Of a stretch of 64,000 nt of DNA, positions 8,763-18,027 are shown in pieces (position 1 is the stretch's first letter; the number at the start of each line of letters is the position of its first letter). Source of the DNA: Candidatus Omnitrophota bacterium (lineage in GTDB: Bacteria; Omnitrophota; Gorgyraeia; Duberdicusellales; 4484-171); NCBI GenBank assembly GCA_024231025.1, contig JAAEQW010000341.1, positions 54,155 through 118,154 on the forward strand, read 5' to 3'. The translations under genes and the position numbers were made by a program. The notes beneath the pieces are model-generated. The model saw only the letters and a program-made list of their open reading frames with translations. It had not been told where the DNA came from and did no database searches.

Positions 8763-10369
8763 TGGCTCCCCGAAGAAACTTCAGGAACAATATCTCCCCG
8801 GAGCACCTGAGTAATATCGCTTCTAAACCTTTTAGACACTATACCAACTTGAACCTTGTCATTTCCTATCTTGATGTGTTGTAAAATCCAATTCAGAATA
8901 AACCTTTTCTGATAAAGTTTAAGGTGATCTTTAAATATCTCATCGAAAGAGCCAAGTAACCGCTTAACATCACCCTCCTCTAAAGACTGTACCTTTACGG
9001 CATTGATCTCACGATTAAGATGATCTATATTATCCATCATCTTTCTACGCCTATCATCCAATTCAGATAGCTTTTGCTCCACGAATGTCCTGCCTTTATC
9101 GATATTCATAAGATTATCCATAACTTTCTTGGCTTTAGCATTCACACTTTCAAGCTCAACGGCAAACACGCGTTTTTGCTCTTTAAGGCTGGGCAGTTGC
9201 CTGCTGAATTTCTCGTTTAGCTTTTCAGTAATCTTATGGAGCATAAGAGGAGTAGAGACGGCTGATTGCGTAAGGCGTTGAACGGCTAATTCGAGTTCCC
9301 GCTCCGGAACCTTAAATTTACACTCATCATTTGTACAGTAATAATAATAGTAAACTTTTCCGCTCTTGCCGTGCCCATTTCTTCCTTCCATTCTTGCACC
9401 ACATTGATGACAGCAAAGCACACCATTAAATATATACGTGTGTTTTGTAGGCTTTGCGCCATTATTCCGATGTTTGTAATTTTCTTTCAAGAGTTGTTGG
9501 GTTTTTTGGAACTTGCTCTCGTCGATAATAGCCGGCCAAACAGCCTTGCAAGTTGAATATCTCATTTTTTCCGGCAAAGATTCTTGTTTTTCAGCTTTAC
9601 GTTTTTTATTGATCTCTTTCATCCCAATATACGCCTTGTTGCTTAAAATCTTCAATATTGAACTATAGCAAAATTTCTTTGCCGGATGATATCTGTCACG
9701 ACGGGAGGTGTACTCTTTTGATAAGTAACCTTTTTTATTTGCTATTATAGCAGTTCTGACAACTGAACCGTTTTCAAGATAGGTATCAAATAGGAAACTT
9801 ACAACTTTAGCCTCCTTTTTATTAGGGATGAGATAACCTTTTTTGTTTTTATCTTCATCATATCCCAACAAAGGAACACCGCCATTAAATAACCCTCGTT
9901 GAGCTCGCGCATAAAGCCCTGAGATTGTTCGCTCGGAACATTGCTCTCGTTCAAATTGGTTTAATGCTCCCATTATCGTAAGGAAACATTTGCCCTGCGA
10001 CGTTGTTGTGTCAAACTGTTCCTTCAGGCAAACAAAATCTACTTTATTTTTATTGAAATAATCAACCATATCCAAAAGATCCCTTGTTGAACGGCTTATC
10101 CTCGACAAAGCAACGCACAGAACAGCATTGATCTTACCATCCTGTATGTCAGACATCATTCTAAGATACTCTGGGCGATTTGTATTCTTAGCAGAAATAC
10201 CTCGATCTACGTATGTGTCTACAATCACCCATTTCTGTTTAGTTGAGCTTGATTTCATCCTGACGTAATCTCGAAGCATCTGTTCTTGATTCTTGAGAGA
10301 CCCTTCTTCCAATTTCGCCTGCTTCTCAGTACTCACGCGTTGATAAAGGCTACATCTTTTTATTTCCAT
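8756..10369 (-). CDS. large serine recombinase (serine integrase type)
   Basis: N-terminal resolvase catalytic domain (YQRVSTEKQ with catalytic Ser, VALSRISR), recombinase domain, Cys-rich zinc-ribbon region (CCHQCGARMEGRNGH...YYYYYC) and C-terminal coiled coil; 537 aa. Confidence 0.85.
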   Translation of the reverse strand: MEIKRCSLYQRVSTEKQAKLEEGSLKNQEQMLRDYVRMKSSSTKQKWVIVDTYVDRGISAKNTNRPEYLRMMSDIQDGKINAVLCVALSRISRSTRDLLDMVDYFNKNKVDFVCLKEQFDTTTSQGKCFLTIMGALNQFEREQCSERTISGLYARAQRGLFNGGVPLLGYDEDKNKKGYLIPNKKEAKVVSFLFDTYLENGSVVRTAIIANKKGYLSKEYTSRRDRYHPAKKFCYSSILKILSNKAYIGMKEINKKRKAEKQESLPEKMRYSTCKAVWPAIIDESKFQKTQQLLKENYKHRNNGAKPTKHTYIFNGVLCCHQCGARMEGRNGHGKSGKVYYYYYCTNDECKFKVPERELELAVQRLTQSAVSTPLMLHKITEKLNEKFSRQLPSLKEQKRVFAVELESVNAKAKKVMDNLMNIDKGRTFVEQKLSELDDRRRKMMDNIDHLNREINAVKVQSLEEGDVKRLLGSFDEIFKDHLKLYQKRFILNWILQHIKIGNDKVQVGIVSKRFRSDITQVLRGDIVPEVSSGSHE

Positions 10370-10381
10370 TTATGCCTCCTC

Positions 10382-10747
10382 TCATTTTCTGTACCTTTTC
10401 ATCTGCTGGGTAAGATCTACAATTATCCAGCCATCATTTAAACGCGTAGCTTTGTACCTCCCTATAGCAAATCCTGCTTCTATTGCTTGATTGACAAGAT
10501 CGCAGTTGTTAATTATTAGAGCGGAATCATCCATGCTATTCAAAAAGTAAACATCAGGATCATCTATCCACCCTTGTTTTTGAAAAGGAAAGACGCAAAT
10601 ACGACTATGTTCTTTTTGAAAGATAACTTTAGCCATATCAAACTCTCTAGAAACCCATCTCCCGCATCCTTTGCTCAAATAAAGATTCCCTGCATTCCTG
10701 TAACTGCAATAATACATATTGTTTCGTTCAATAATTGTCTCTATCAT
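10382..10747 (-). CDS. hypothetical protein (121 aa), co-transcribed with serine integrase
   Basis: ORF 12 nt upstream of the integrase gene; no motif recognised. Confidence 0.45.
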   Translation of the reverse strand: MIETIIERNNMYYCSYRNAGNLYLSKGCGRWVSREFDMAKVIFQKEHSRICVFPFQKQGWIDDPDVYFLNSMDDSALIINNCDLVNQAIEAGFAIGRYKATRLNDGWIIVDLTQQMKRYRK

Positions 10748-11032
10748 TTTTATGCTCCTTATGATTTTGTGTTATAAATAGAAATATCCCGTCAGCTATC
10801 AAATGGACTATTTCATCTTCATTTGGATCTGTTACCATTGCTGGATCATTACGTAGCATAAAGGCCTCCTCGTTTTCTTGCCTCTATATTGCTAGTTTCC
10901 CATACCAATAACAGACTAAAAAGCATCTGCTATCAGCAATCCAGCAAAACGATTATTCTTTCACTTCGGTATTTATGTCATGACTGACGGCAGGAAATAC
11001 CTTACTCGCTCGAATATCGCTGGCGATTATTA

Positions 11033-11254
11033 TTAAAGCTCTACTTTTTTAAACATCGTGGTTGCGAAGCTGTTTTTTGCGCTCTGAAGAGCTGCATCAA
11101 TCGCCCCGAACATTTTTTCAACTTGCTCTACTGAAAAGGCGTACGACTTGCGCTCCGAACAATTTGCCAGGATTTCTAATTGCTCGATTATTCTGTTCGA
11201 TCTTTTCGTTGCTATCCGCTTGAACCTTTCTTGTGGTGTTTCGCTCATCGACAA
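11033..11254 (-). CDS. small 73-aa protein, paralog of 5058..5279
   Basis: See 5058..5279; heads the integrase operon. Confidence 0.5.
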   Translation of the reverse strand: MSMSETPQERFKRIATKRSNRIIEQLEILANCSERKSYAFSVEQVEKMFGAIDAALQSAKNSFATTMFKKVEL

Positions 11255-11395
11255 TCTCCTTCCGTTAATATAACGCTAATACTCAAGATATGCTCTATAT
11301 CTCATCTGCAATGATTATATCGTATATATATAATCATGTCAAGATTATTTTTATAACTTCAGGATAGCCTGAGATTGCTCTAGATTGAGGATTTA

Positions 11396-11475
11396 TTAGC
11401 AAAAAAGGTAAAATCCTTTACTCGGTTAAAAACCACCCTACATTTGAATGTAGACGAATTAGACAGCTATTCTGT
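11396..11475. repeat. ~75-nt repeated intergenic element, copy a (hairpin GGTAAA-n4-TTTACC plus CTACATT-TGA-AATGTAG palindrome)
   Basis: Shares AAAAGGTAAAATyCTTTACy...CTACATTT.AAT..AGACGAATTAGA.AGCTA.TC with copies at 12205..12280 and 18655..18715. Confidence 0.6.
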
Positions 11476-11541
11476 TATTCTTTTACGATCACACCCCTCT
11501 TTATCATTTATCTTAAAGCCATGCTGTGATAAAATGACATC

Positions 11542-12186
11542 ATGATTGATTATAACTGGATCTTCAGTGCATTGGTCCAATCCTTAGCCGCAATGATTGG
11601 GGTAATAGGCATGTTTGCGGTATATAGATTGCAAACACAAGAAAAAATAATCGAGAAGAAATTTGAAAAGTTTCGTATATTCTTAGAAGAAAATACAGGA
11701 ACGAAGATAGATAATCCTACGGAAGAAAGAATTATTGAAAAAGCCAAAGGTGTTAGACAGAAATACCAAAAAATCATTAACGATTCCCCAAATAACCTTA
11801 ATGTTATGAAAAATACACAAGGATTCACCGATAGTGCAATGGAACAAGCATCAAGCATAGCCGATGTGGGGATAGAAATATTTAAAAAACATACCATAGA
11901 TATTGATAACTTTAATGCATCTATAGAGCAACATAAAAATAAAAATAAAGATATATCTAAACAAGCTTTAGATATAGTAGGTCAACTAGTTTTTCTGTTT
12001 GGTTTAAGCGTGTTAGTGCTTATATTTAGTAAAGTACTTACTGTGACAAATACTGAGTTGTTTGAACCGGGAACAATGACAGTAGTATACGGAGGGCTTG
12101 TTGTTCTAACTATAGTCTCTATTTATCTTGTCATTTTGTTGCGTACTATATATGTTTTCTGCAACACCTGTTTTTCTGTTAAGTAA
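11542..12186 (+). CDS. hypothetical membrane protein (214 aa)
   Basis: N-terminal TM (IFSALVQSLAAMIGVIGMFAVY) and two C-terminal TM segments; flanked by repeat copies a and b. Confidence 0.5.
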   Translation: MIDYNWIFSALVQSLAAMIGVIGMFAVYRLQTQEKIIEKKFEKFRIFLEENTGTKIDNPTEERIIEKAKGVRQKYQKIINDSPNNLNVMKNTQGFTDSAMEQASSIADVGIEIFKKHTIDIDNFNASIEQHKNKNKDISKQALDIVGQLVFLFGLSVLVLIFSKVLTVTNTELFEPGTMTVVYGGLVVLTIVSIYLVILLRTIYVFCNTCFSVK

Positions 12187-12204
12187 CTGATTTTAAAATA
12201 GACT

Positions 12205-12280
12205 TAAAAGGTAAAATTCTTTACCCTATCAAAAGCTACTCTACATTTAAATACAGACGAATTAGAAAGCTACTCCTATC
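12205..12280. repeat. repeated intergenic element, copy b
   Basis: See 11396..11475. Confidence 0.6.
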
Positions 12281-13053
12281 TTCTTTTGTGCTTTGAGGAA
12301 TAATCGCTTTGAGACAATGGGCGGGTGTGTTCCTTGGACATGAAAATTACCAAAGCTGGTTTCACCATAATACATCTTATTTCTTAAAACATACTTTAAA
12401 GATTGAATCTGAAATTGTTTACCTCGTTTAGTGGTTGCTCGTAACTTATTAAGCTTACGAACAATGGTTGTATATTTATGTCCCTTAACTAGCCACCTAA
12501 ATATTCTGACTACGTTCTTAGCTTCAGTTGGTTTAATCTCGAGCTTCTTGCCAACCTTAACATAACCAAAAGGTATCGGTCCAGACCCACGTTCACCGTT
12601 CTTAGCGTTATTAATTCTCCCGTCTTTAAGGCGGGCAGTAATAACGTCCTTTTCTAATTCAGCAAAAACATCAGCAATACGCTTAAAAGCTTTCTGTAAA
12701 GGGTCATCTAGATTATATTCTGGGTCTACTACAGAATTAATCTCGATGTCATGTTTCTTGAATTGTGTCTCAAGCCAAAGAGATACAGTCAACTCGCGAC
12801 TCAACCTATCTTGTTTGTAAACAATGACATTATCAATAAGACCATCTTCGCAATCCTTTAATAGTCGCAACAAACCCGGCCTTTCTTTTATCGCACCACT
12901 AATACCCTTATCTTCATAAAATCTGTTAAGCTCCAGATTCTTATCCTTACAATATGCCTCAATCTTATCTCTCTGGATTTCTAATCCTTCGCCGTTTTCG
13001 ACTTGATTAGCAGTTGATACTCTGAGATACCCTACATTATATCTAGATTGCAT
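12262..13053 (-). CDS. serine recombinase (resolvase/invertase-type catalytic domain plus recombinase domain, 263 aa)
   Basis: GYLRVSTANQ catalytic motif, VYKQDRLSRE; shorter than the 537-aa integrase (no zinc ribbon or coiled coil). Confidence 0.8.
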   Translation of the reverse strand: MQSRYNVGYLRVSTANQVENGEGLEIQRDKIEAYCKDKNLELNRFYEDKGISGAIKERPGLLRLLKDCEDGLIDNVIVYKQDRLSRELTVSLWLETQFKKHDIEINSVVDPEYNLDDPLQKAFKRIADVFAELEKDVITARLKDGRINNAKNGERGSGPIPFGYVKVGKKLEIKPTEAKNVVRIFRWLVKGHKYTTIVRKLNKLRATTKRGKQFQIQSLKYVLRNKMYYGETSFGNFHVQGTHPPIVSKRLFLKAQKKIGVAF

Positions 13054-13221
13054 AAGAATTACCCTCCCAATACAATAGATAAACCATCGAGGAATTAAAA
13101 TGTCAAGTTTCGTGTTGAAATAGTTGCCTAAGGCAGATCAGAAACAGTGTCAGGGAGAGTGCATATTGCAAGATGGGTAATGATTTATGGCTGGAAAAGT
13201 TAAAGATTTTTAAAAAAATGT

Positions 13222-14406
13222 TTAGTTCTTGCCGATAACGTATTTTTTAAAATAGTTCTTAGTACCTCCGAAGTACGTTTTAACCCTAGCAATACCAAAA
13301 AAATCATAATATCGCTTAGTAGTGGATCCATCCTGTGCTATGTCTCGTTTTTTAGCATATCGTGCATAAAATGGCTTGTCTTTTGGAGATAGAACGACAT
13401 CAATGCATGCGCTTGGTCGTATCGCCCGTCTAAGAAGCGTTCTTAGGTGATAGTCGGCTTCTGGCAAAGAATACCCCACAAAAACAACCCTATCCGCTGT
13501 GGCTAATTCTGCGTAAGCATTATACCATACTGTCCTTATATGAATATTATCAAAATTCTTTTCAAAGGTCGGCGTAATAATATACGGTTGCAAGACGTGT
13601 TTGTTCTTTTTTCTTCTTACTGTGTGCCCTAGACAATGCTTACAAAAACTATCTTGCACGTACAGTTTTCGCCCCTCATTTGCCCCTAACCCTGTATACA
13701 TCCTGTTACAGTTGGGACAAAAAAGCCAATTAATGGAGCCATGTAGTTTAAGAATTTTTATTCTGTTTTTTTCCTCTTGATTAACAGGCGGAATGGCTAT
13801 CCCGTCACAATCTTCCTTTAGTCGCAAAATGCAACAACAAAAATCTGTGCTGATTTGTTGCTTTTTGTTTTTTGTTTTCTTGGTAATTTTATACACAGAG
13901 TCTTCTAGCAAAGAGTCCCAATTCAAAGATATTACGCTGAGCCTATTTCCTCTTGACCGTTTTTTTATCGTCTCTTTAACAAAATGACTTGCTAAAGAAT
14001 CATAAAATTTATCACCGGTAGTTTCTGAACGTAAAGAAGCTTCATGGAATACAGTTAAAATAAGCCGTTTCAAATCGTCTCTAATACTGTCTAACTCTTT
14101 CCAAGAATAATCAAAACAATTACGTCGTTGCGCTATGGTTTGATCTAGCAATGTAAATAAGTCTTCTAGACTAGGTAGGGCGTTGGGATAAAATATCTGA
14201 TCAATAAATTCTCTGAGCTCTTTTCTCCGAACAAGACTTTCGCCATACAATATATCAAACTTTTGGGAAAAAACTTTAGTTAAAATGAGTCGCTGCAAGG
14301 GAAACCCCGCACCATACGAGAATCCTGCTCCGAATACATAAACTGTCTTGGTAGGTAGGGCTGTTCTCACTTCAGTTTGAAATGTTGGTTTAGCACCTTG
14401 GCCCAT
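13222..14406 (-). CDS. SIR2_2-family sirtuin-like protein (defence-type SIR2)
   Basis: N-terminal Gly-rich NAD loop VYVFGAGFSYGAGFP, LHGS motif (KLHGSINW), zinc ribbon CPNCN...CKHC, Rossmann strand VVFVGYSLPEADYHL. Confidence 0.7.
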   Translation of the reverse strand: MGQGAKPTFQTEVRTALPTKTVYVFGAGFSYGAGFPLQRLILTKVFSQKFDILYGESLVRRKELREFIDQIFYPNALPSLEDLFTLLDQTIAQRRNCFDYSWKELDSIRDDLKRLILTVFHEASLRSETTGDKFYDSLASHFVKETIKKRSRGNRLSVISLNWDSLLEDSVYKITKKTKNKKQQISTDFCCCILRLKEDCDGIAIPPVNQEEKNRIKILKLHGSINWLFCPNCNRMYTGLGANEGRKLYVQDSFCKHCLGHTVRRKKNKHVLQPYIITPTFEKNFDNIHIRTVWYNAYAELATADRVVFVGYSLPEADYHLRTLLRRAIRPSACIDVVLSPKDKPFYARYAKKRDIAQDGSTTKRYYDFFGIARVKTYFGGTKNYFKKYVIGKN

Positions 14407-15788
14407 ACAATACAGTGTCGAACACCGTCTGGCCCAAGAACTTTTTCTAGAGTGCCTTTAGTTTTATTAAGATTTCTAACAATTTCTTTTATGGTCGGCG
14501 TGTTATGATACTCCCGTTTCTTGCACCACATATAATGTGTCACAGTCTTGTTTTTTGTCTCGGTAGCCGGGTATGGCTTGCCTTTTGCAGAATGCTTCAT
14601 TTCTCCATATTCTTTAAATTCACTTTCCGGATTATTTTTTATAATATCCTTACACATTTTACAACTACAAACCGTTTTATAATATCCTGTGATTGTTTTT
14701 GAACCCCCCACAGCACGAAGGGCACGAAGGGCATCGCGGAAAAGAAGTCGCGTGTGTAGTTGTGGAAAATAAAATTTTGCCGCAGGAAAGCCTCCACCCA
14801 CAGGAACAACTCCACGATATTCACCGTATTCTAAACTATGTGCGACCCCTACTAGATTTGGCGTTATCCCGCTTTTGCCTAAAGCCACGGAAAAAAATCC
14901 CCCGTACAGATTTGCTACTGGAGCAATTTGCCCTAGCCTATTAATTAAATTAATTAAGGCTTCTAGCTTTATGGCCGAAGCATCTTGTTCATACAAATCG
15001 TCTACCCACAATAAGAAAATGTCCGGCTTAACTTTTGCATATTCTTCTACGAGCATATCAATTTTTTCATTATCTATTAAGATATCCTGAGATATAACAA
15101 TTTGGCTTGCCAAAGGTTTCTTTTTTGCCTTTAAAATTTTCTTAGAAATTTTAGAACACATTACATTTACCTGCAACCACTTTTTAAATTCACTTTCGAA
15201 TAAGTAAAAATATGGTGCTACAATAGTTGTCGGAGAAAACATATCCGACACTTTTAGCCCGATATATCTGTAATACTTTGCAGCATCGGATCCTTCCAAT
15301 TCCCTAGAAACGGTTTCCAGCTGAAAGTTAATAACTCTCTGACAAAACCCCCGTGTTACTGACGAATCTTTAAAATCTTTGGGAATAAGTGGTCGTTTTT
15401 TATTAAGTATGCTCGTTTCTACAGGCTCACCGAAGGCATCTATTAATTTTTTAATTGATTTCTTTATTTGCCCTTTTGATTTTTCAGATTGAGACTCTAT
15501 AAGGCTCAAATCATGCTGAAAGGCATGCGTTTGAGGGTCTATTATATACGGCTTATTTTTTGCCTTTGTGGAAATAAACATAGCTATCGCGCTTGTCATA
15601 TATGCCATAATGTTTGCATTCACAATAAGCTGATCATAGGTGGCCAAAAGACTGCCTAGCAAAAACTTCTGATCAGCGGCTGTTCCAAACCGTACTAAAT
15701 GAAATCCTGCTATTGGCTTCATGCTTCCTGAACGTCTTGTTTGTTTTTTTGGATATACTTTTTTATCCATGTTTTTCCTACTCGCCAA
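14367..15788 (-). CDS. hypothetical protein with weak tRNA-guanine transglycosylase (Tgt/DpdA)-like features
   Basis: C-terminal CSCKMCK...H (CxCxxC..H) zinc motif as in TGT; LYGGFFSVALG and LVGVAHS resemble the Tgt GGLAVGE and LMGVGKP segments; weak, by eye only. The 40-nt overlap with the SIR2 gene suggests the true start or stop may differ. Confidence 0.35.
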   Translation of the reverse strand: MASRKNMDKKVYPKKQTRRSGSMKPIAGFHLVRFGTAADQKFLLGSLLATYDQLIVNANIMAYMTSAIAMFISTKAKNKPYIIDPQTHAFQHDLSLIESQSEKSKGQIKKSIKKLIDAFGEPVETSILNKKRPLIPKDFKDSSVTRGFCQRVINFQLETVSRELEGSDAAKYYRYIGLKVSDMFSPTTIVAPYFYLFESEFKKWLQVNVMCSKISKKILKAKKKPLASQIVISQDILIDNEKIDMLVEEYAKVKPDIFLLWVDDLYEQDASAIKLEALINLINRLGQIAPVANLYGGFFSVALGKSGITPNLVGVAHSLEYGEYRGVVPVGGGFPAAKFYFPQLHTRLLFRDALRALRAVGGSKTITGYYKTVCSCKMCKDIIKNNPESEFKEYGEMKHSAKGKPYPATETKNKTVTHYMWCKKREYHNTPTIKEIVRNLNKTKGTLEKVLGPDGVRHCIVWAKVLNQHFKLK

Positions 15789-16138
15789 ATTTCTCTAGAG
15801 CGTGGTGCTGATATAACCTCTTCAAATGGCCACCGTCCGTCCTCGCGATAAAACTTAAGACCAACTCCTGCTGATTTGAGGGCTCTCCTCATTTCTTGCG
15901 TAATTTTGCGCTTGGGCATACACACGTAAGAAAAGTCTGCTCCTAATTTATGGTCGTATGATTGTCGTATCGCTCTGCGCCAATTGAAAAGCTTAAACTC
16001 TATGGCAACAACTGTATTATTTTCAATATAAACTAGATCCGCAAACCTCCCCAACACAGGAACCTCACGGCACACATCCATTGAGAAATGTTGCGTCAAT
16101 CGTTTATAAGCACTATCCACAAGGGTTCGTTCACACAT
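15719..16138 (-). CDS. small PD-(D/E)xK-fold nuclease-like protein
   Basis: GRFADLVYIEN...VVAIEFKL gives a D...ExK motif in a beta-strand context; 139 aa; the overlap with the upstream ORF suggests an internal start. Confidence 0.5.
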   Translation of the reverse strand: MCERTLVDSAYKRLTQHFSMDVCREVPVLGRFADLVYIENNTVVAIEFKLFNWRRAIRQSYDHKLGADFSYVCMPKRKITQEMRRALKSAGVGLKFYREDGRWPFEEVISAPRSREIWRVGKTWIKKYIQKNKQDVQEA

Positions 16139-16724
16139 TGCGCTTCTTAAAAATCCTTTCCGCTATTTTGGAGTTTGTTGCCATTTTAGGATATTTTGTA
16201 TAAACATATCTCAACAGAGCATACAAAGAGATCTCTAAGCAACGACATTTAAAAGTATGAACACCCTCCCATTGCTCTGCTGTTAAATTTCCCAAATTGC
16301 CATCTTTAACAAAATTTAAACCATTGTTCGTTAAAGAAAATTCAACTGCGTTATTGCGCTCGTTATCAGAACCACCTGCTATTCCTGAACTCACCTGCCA
16401 ATATTCATACTCACACATATCTTCTTCTGCCTCCTTGTCCGAACACGAAGGCCGCGGATTTACAAAGCCAAGGTTAACTAAAAACTCTAGGTCTGCGTAG
16501 ATTTGATCCGCAAAAGGTCCATAGTCATACGGCTGGAAGTCAGGAAAAGCAGAGTCCGGAATGGCTTTTTCCAAATTGAACTTAGCACGGATTTCTTTCT
16601 GAAACAAGAAAACCATTTTTACCATACGAATGCGTGTTCGTATCGGTTCGTTCTTTTGCCCCTTATATCCTTTGGCATAAAGCAATAGCATTATAATATC
16701 TTTTGTGCTTGTTATTTTCGCCAT
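16131..16724 (-). CDS. hypothetical protein (197 aa), first gene of the SIR2 operon
   Basis: ORF overlapping the downstream gene by 8 nt; no motif recognised. Confidence 0.45.
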   Translation of the reverse strand: MAKITSTKDIIMLLLYAKGYKGQKNEPIRTRIRMVKMVFLFQKEIRAKFNLEKAIPDSAFPDFQPYDYGPFADQIYADLEFLVNLGFVNPRPSCSDKEAEEDMCEYEYWQVSSGIAGGSDNERNNAVEFSLTNNGLNFVKDGNLGNLTAEQWEGVHTFKCRCLEISLYALLRYVYTKYPKMATNSKIAERIFKKRNV

Positions 16725-16891
16725 GTTTCCCTTTGCATGTTCTTGCCTCTATTTTTATTATAAATCCGTTTCCGGCATAATCAAGAACTTCTTGGCCCGG
16801 CATTTTCGCTGTTTTTGATCTCCACACTACACCTTATATAACAAAGGGTTTGTTTTATTGACACCTGTTTCATTCTTACTATAATAAAGCC

Positions 16892-17701
16892 ATGAAAGAA
16901 ATCGATACTTATTTATTCCACTACGCAGAAAAACAATATGACACCCAAACTGCTTTACTAAGAGACATAAACACAAAGATAGCCAATGTGCTTGTTGCTA
17001 TAGGTTTTTTGTTAACCCTCACTGCCTATCTGGCTAATGCTATATTTAAATTACAATTAGAGCCATGGTTGCTCTTACCACTCTTAACCCCCTCGATCCT
17101 GGGTGCATATAGCTTCTTAAGGGCTCTAGGCAGAGTTATACATTTTTTGAGGCTCCAAGAATATAAGCTACCGTCTATGGAGGCAGACATTCAAAAGGCA
17201 ATCATAGATCTGCAAAAGAAAAACAAAGATGAAACAAACGAAAGTGATATTCTTCAGGATCTTACCCAAAATTATATTACAGCTTTTAATGATAACATGA
17301 CTTCGGGATCAGAAAGGCACAAGCTTTTCAAGATTCTCGTCAACTATATTCGTAACGGGATTATATCAATTATTATATCTTTTGTGGTTTTATTTTTTAT
17401 AAAAACACCCACCTGTCTATTGACCGGTAAAGAAAAAAGGGAGGAAGTAAAAATGATAAGGAACATGGACCAGGAAAAAGAAGAAGAGCAAAAACAAGAC
17501 AATGAGCCTAACAACGAAAAAAATAATAGTGCCCAGCCTCAGGAACCGTCACAGGAACCTGAAAAAACTCAACAACCGTCTGTTCTCGGCAATCCAACGC
17601 TAGTGACAGCGTCTGATCATTCTACAGATTCTGAAACGGTGAGTTCTGACGATAATAAATCAGAAAGCAAGCCAGAAAACGAATCAGAAAAACAGGAATA
17701 A
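16892..17701 (+). CDS. hypothetical membrane protein with acidic low-complexity C-terminus
   Basis: TM segments (VLVAIGFLLTLTAYLANAIF; IISIIISFVVLFFI); C-terminal E/Q/N/S-rich tail. Confidence 0.5.
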   Translation: MKEIDTYLFHYAEKQYDTQTALLRDINTKIANVLVAIGFLLTLTAYLANAIFKLQLEPWLLLPLLTPSILGAYSFLRALGRVIHFLRLQEYKLPSMEADIQKAIIDLQKKNKDETNESDILQDLTQNYITAFNDNMTSGSERHKLFKILVNYIRNGIISIIISFVVLFFIKTPTCLLTGKEKREEVKMIRNMDQEKEEEQKQDNEPNNEKNNSAQPQEPSQEPEKTQQPSVLGNPTLVTASDHSTDSETVSSDDNKSESKPENESEKQE

Positions 17702-17826
17702 AGGCATATGTCTGAGCGCAATAAGACGTATTAACTACTCCTGCCACGGGTTAAAATTCAGCTATCAAAGTAATGGTACAAGTATCCATAAACCCATTAC
17801 CCTGATGTTCCGTATTTACAAAATAC

Positions 17827-18000
17827 TTATACAGATCCTCTCAAAAGCAAGTCAAACACGCAAATAACTGTTACAATTATTGTAATAATCGCGAGAAGTT
17901 TCACAACGATGCCTTCTTTTCGGTCTCCCGACCTTGTCAAAAACGAAATCATTCTCGTAGTCACATAAAACCCTATCATCATCCCGATTGATGGTATCAT
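17827..18000 (-). CDS. unannotated small hydrophobic protein (57 aa), possible type I toxin or holin-like peptide
   Basis: ATG at 18000 preceded by AGGAGG 6 nt upstream; translation MIPSIGMMIGFYVTTRMISFLTRSGDRKEGIVVKLLAIITIIVTVICVFDLLLRGSV; not in the ORF track (<60 aa). Confidence 0.4.
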   Translation of the reverse strand: MIPSIGMMIGFYVTTRMISFLTRSGDRKEGIVVKLLAIITIIVTVICVFDLLLRGSV

Positions 18001-18027
18001 CTACAACCTCCTTTTGTGTGATTCATG

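Noticed and set aside
8252-8810. ORFs 8252..8572 (minus) and 8499..8810 (plus)
   Set aside because: They span the direct-repeat/att region and terminator hairpins, have biased composition, and the plus-strand one overlaps the integrase gene end; unlikely to be coding
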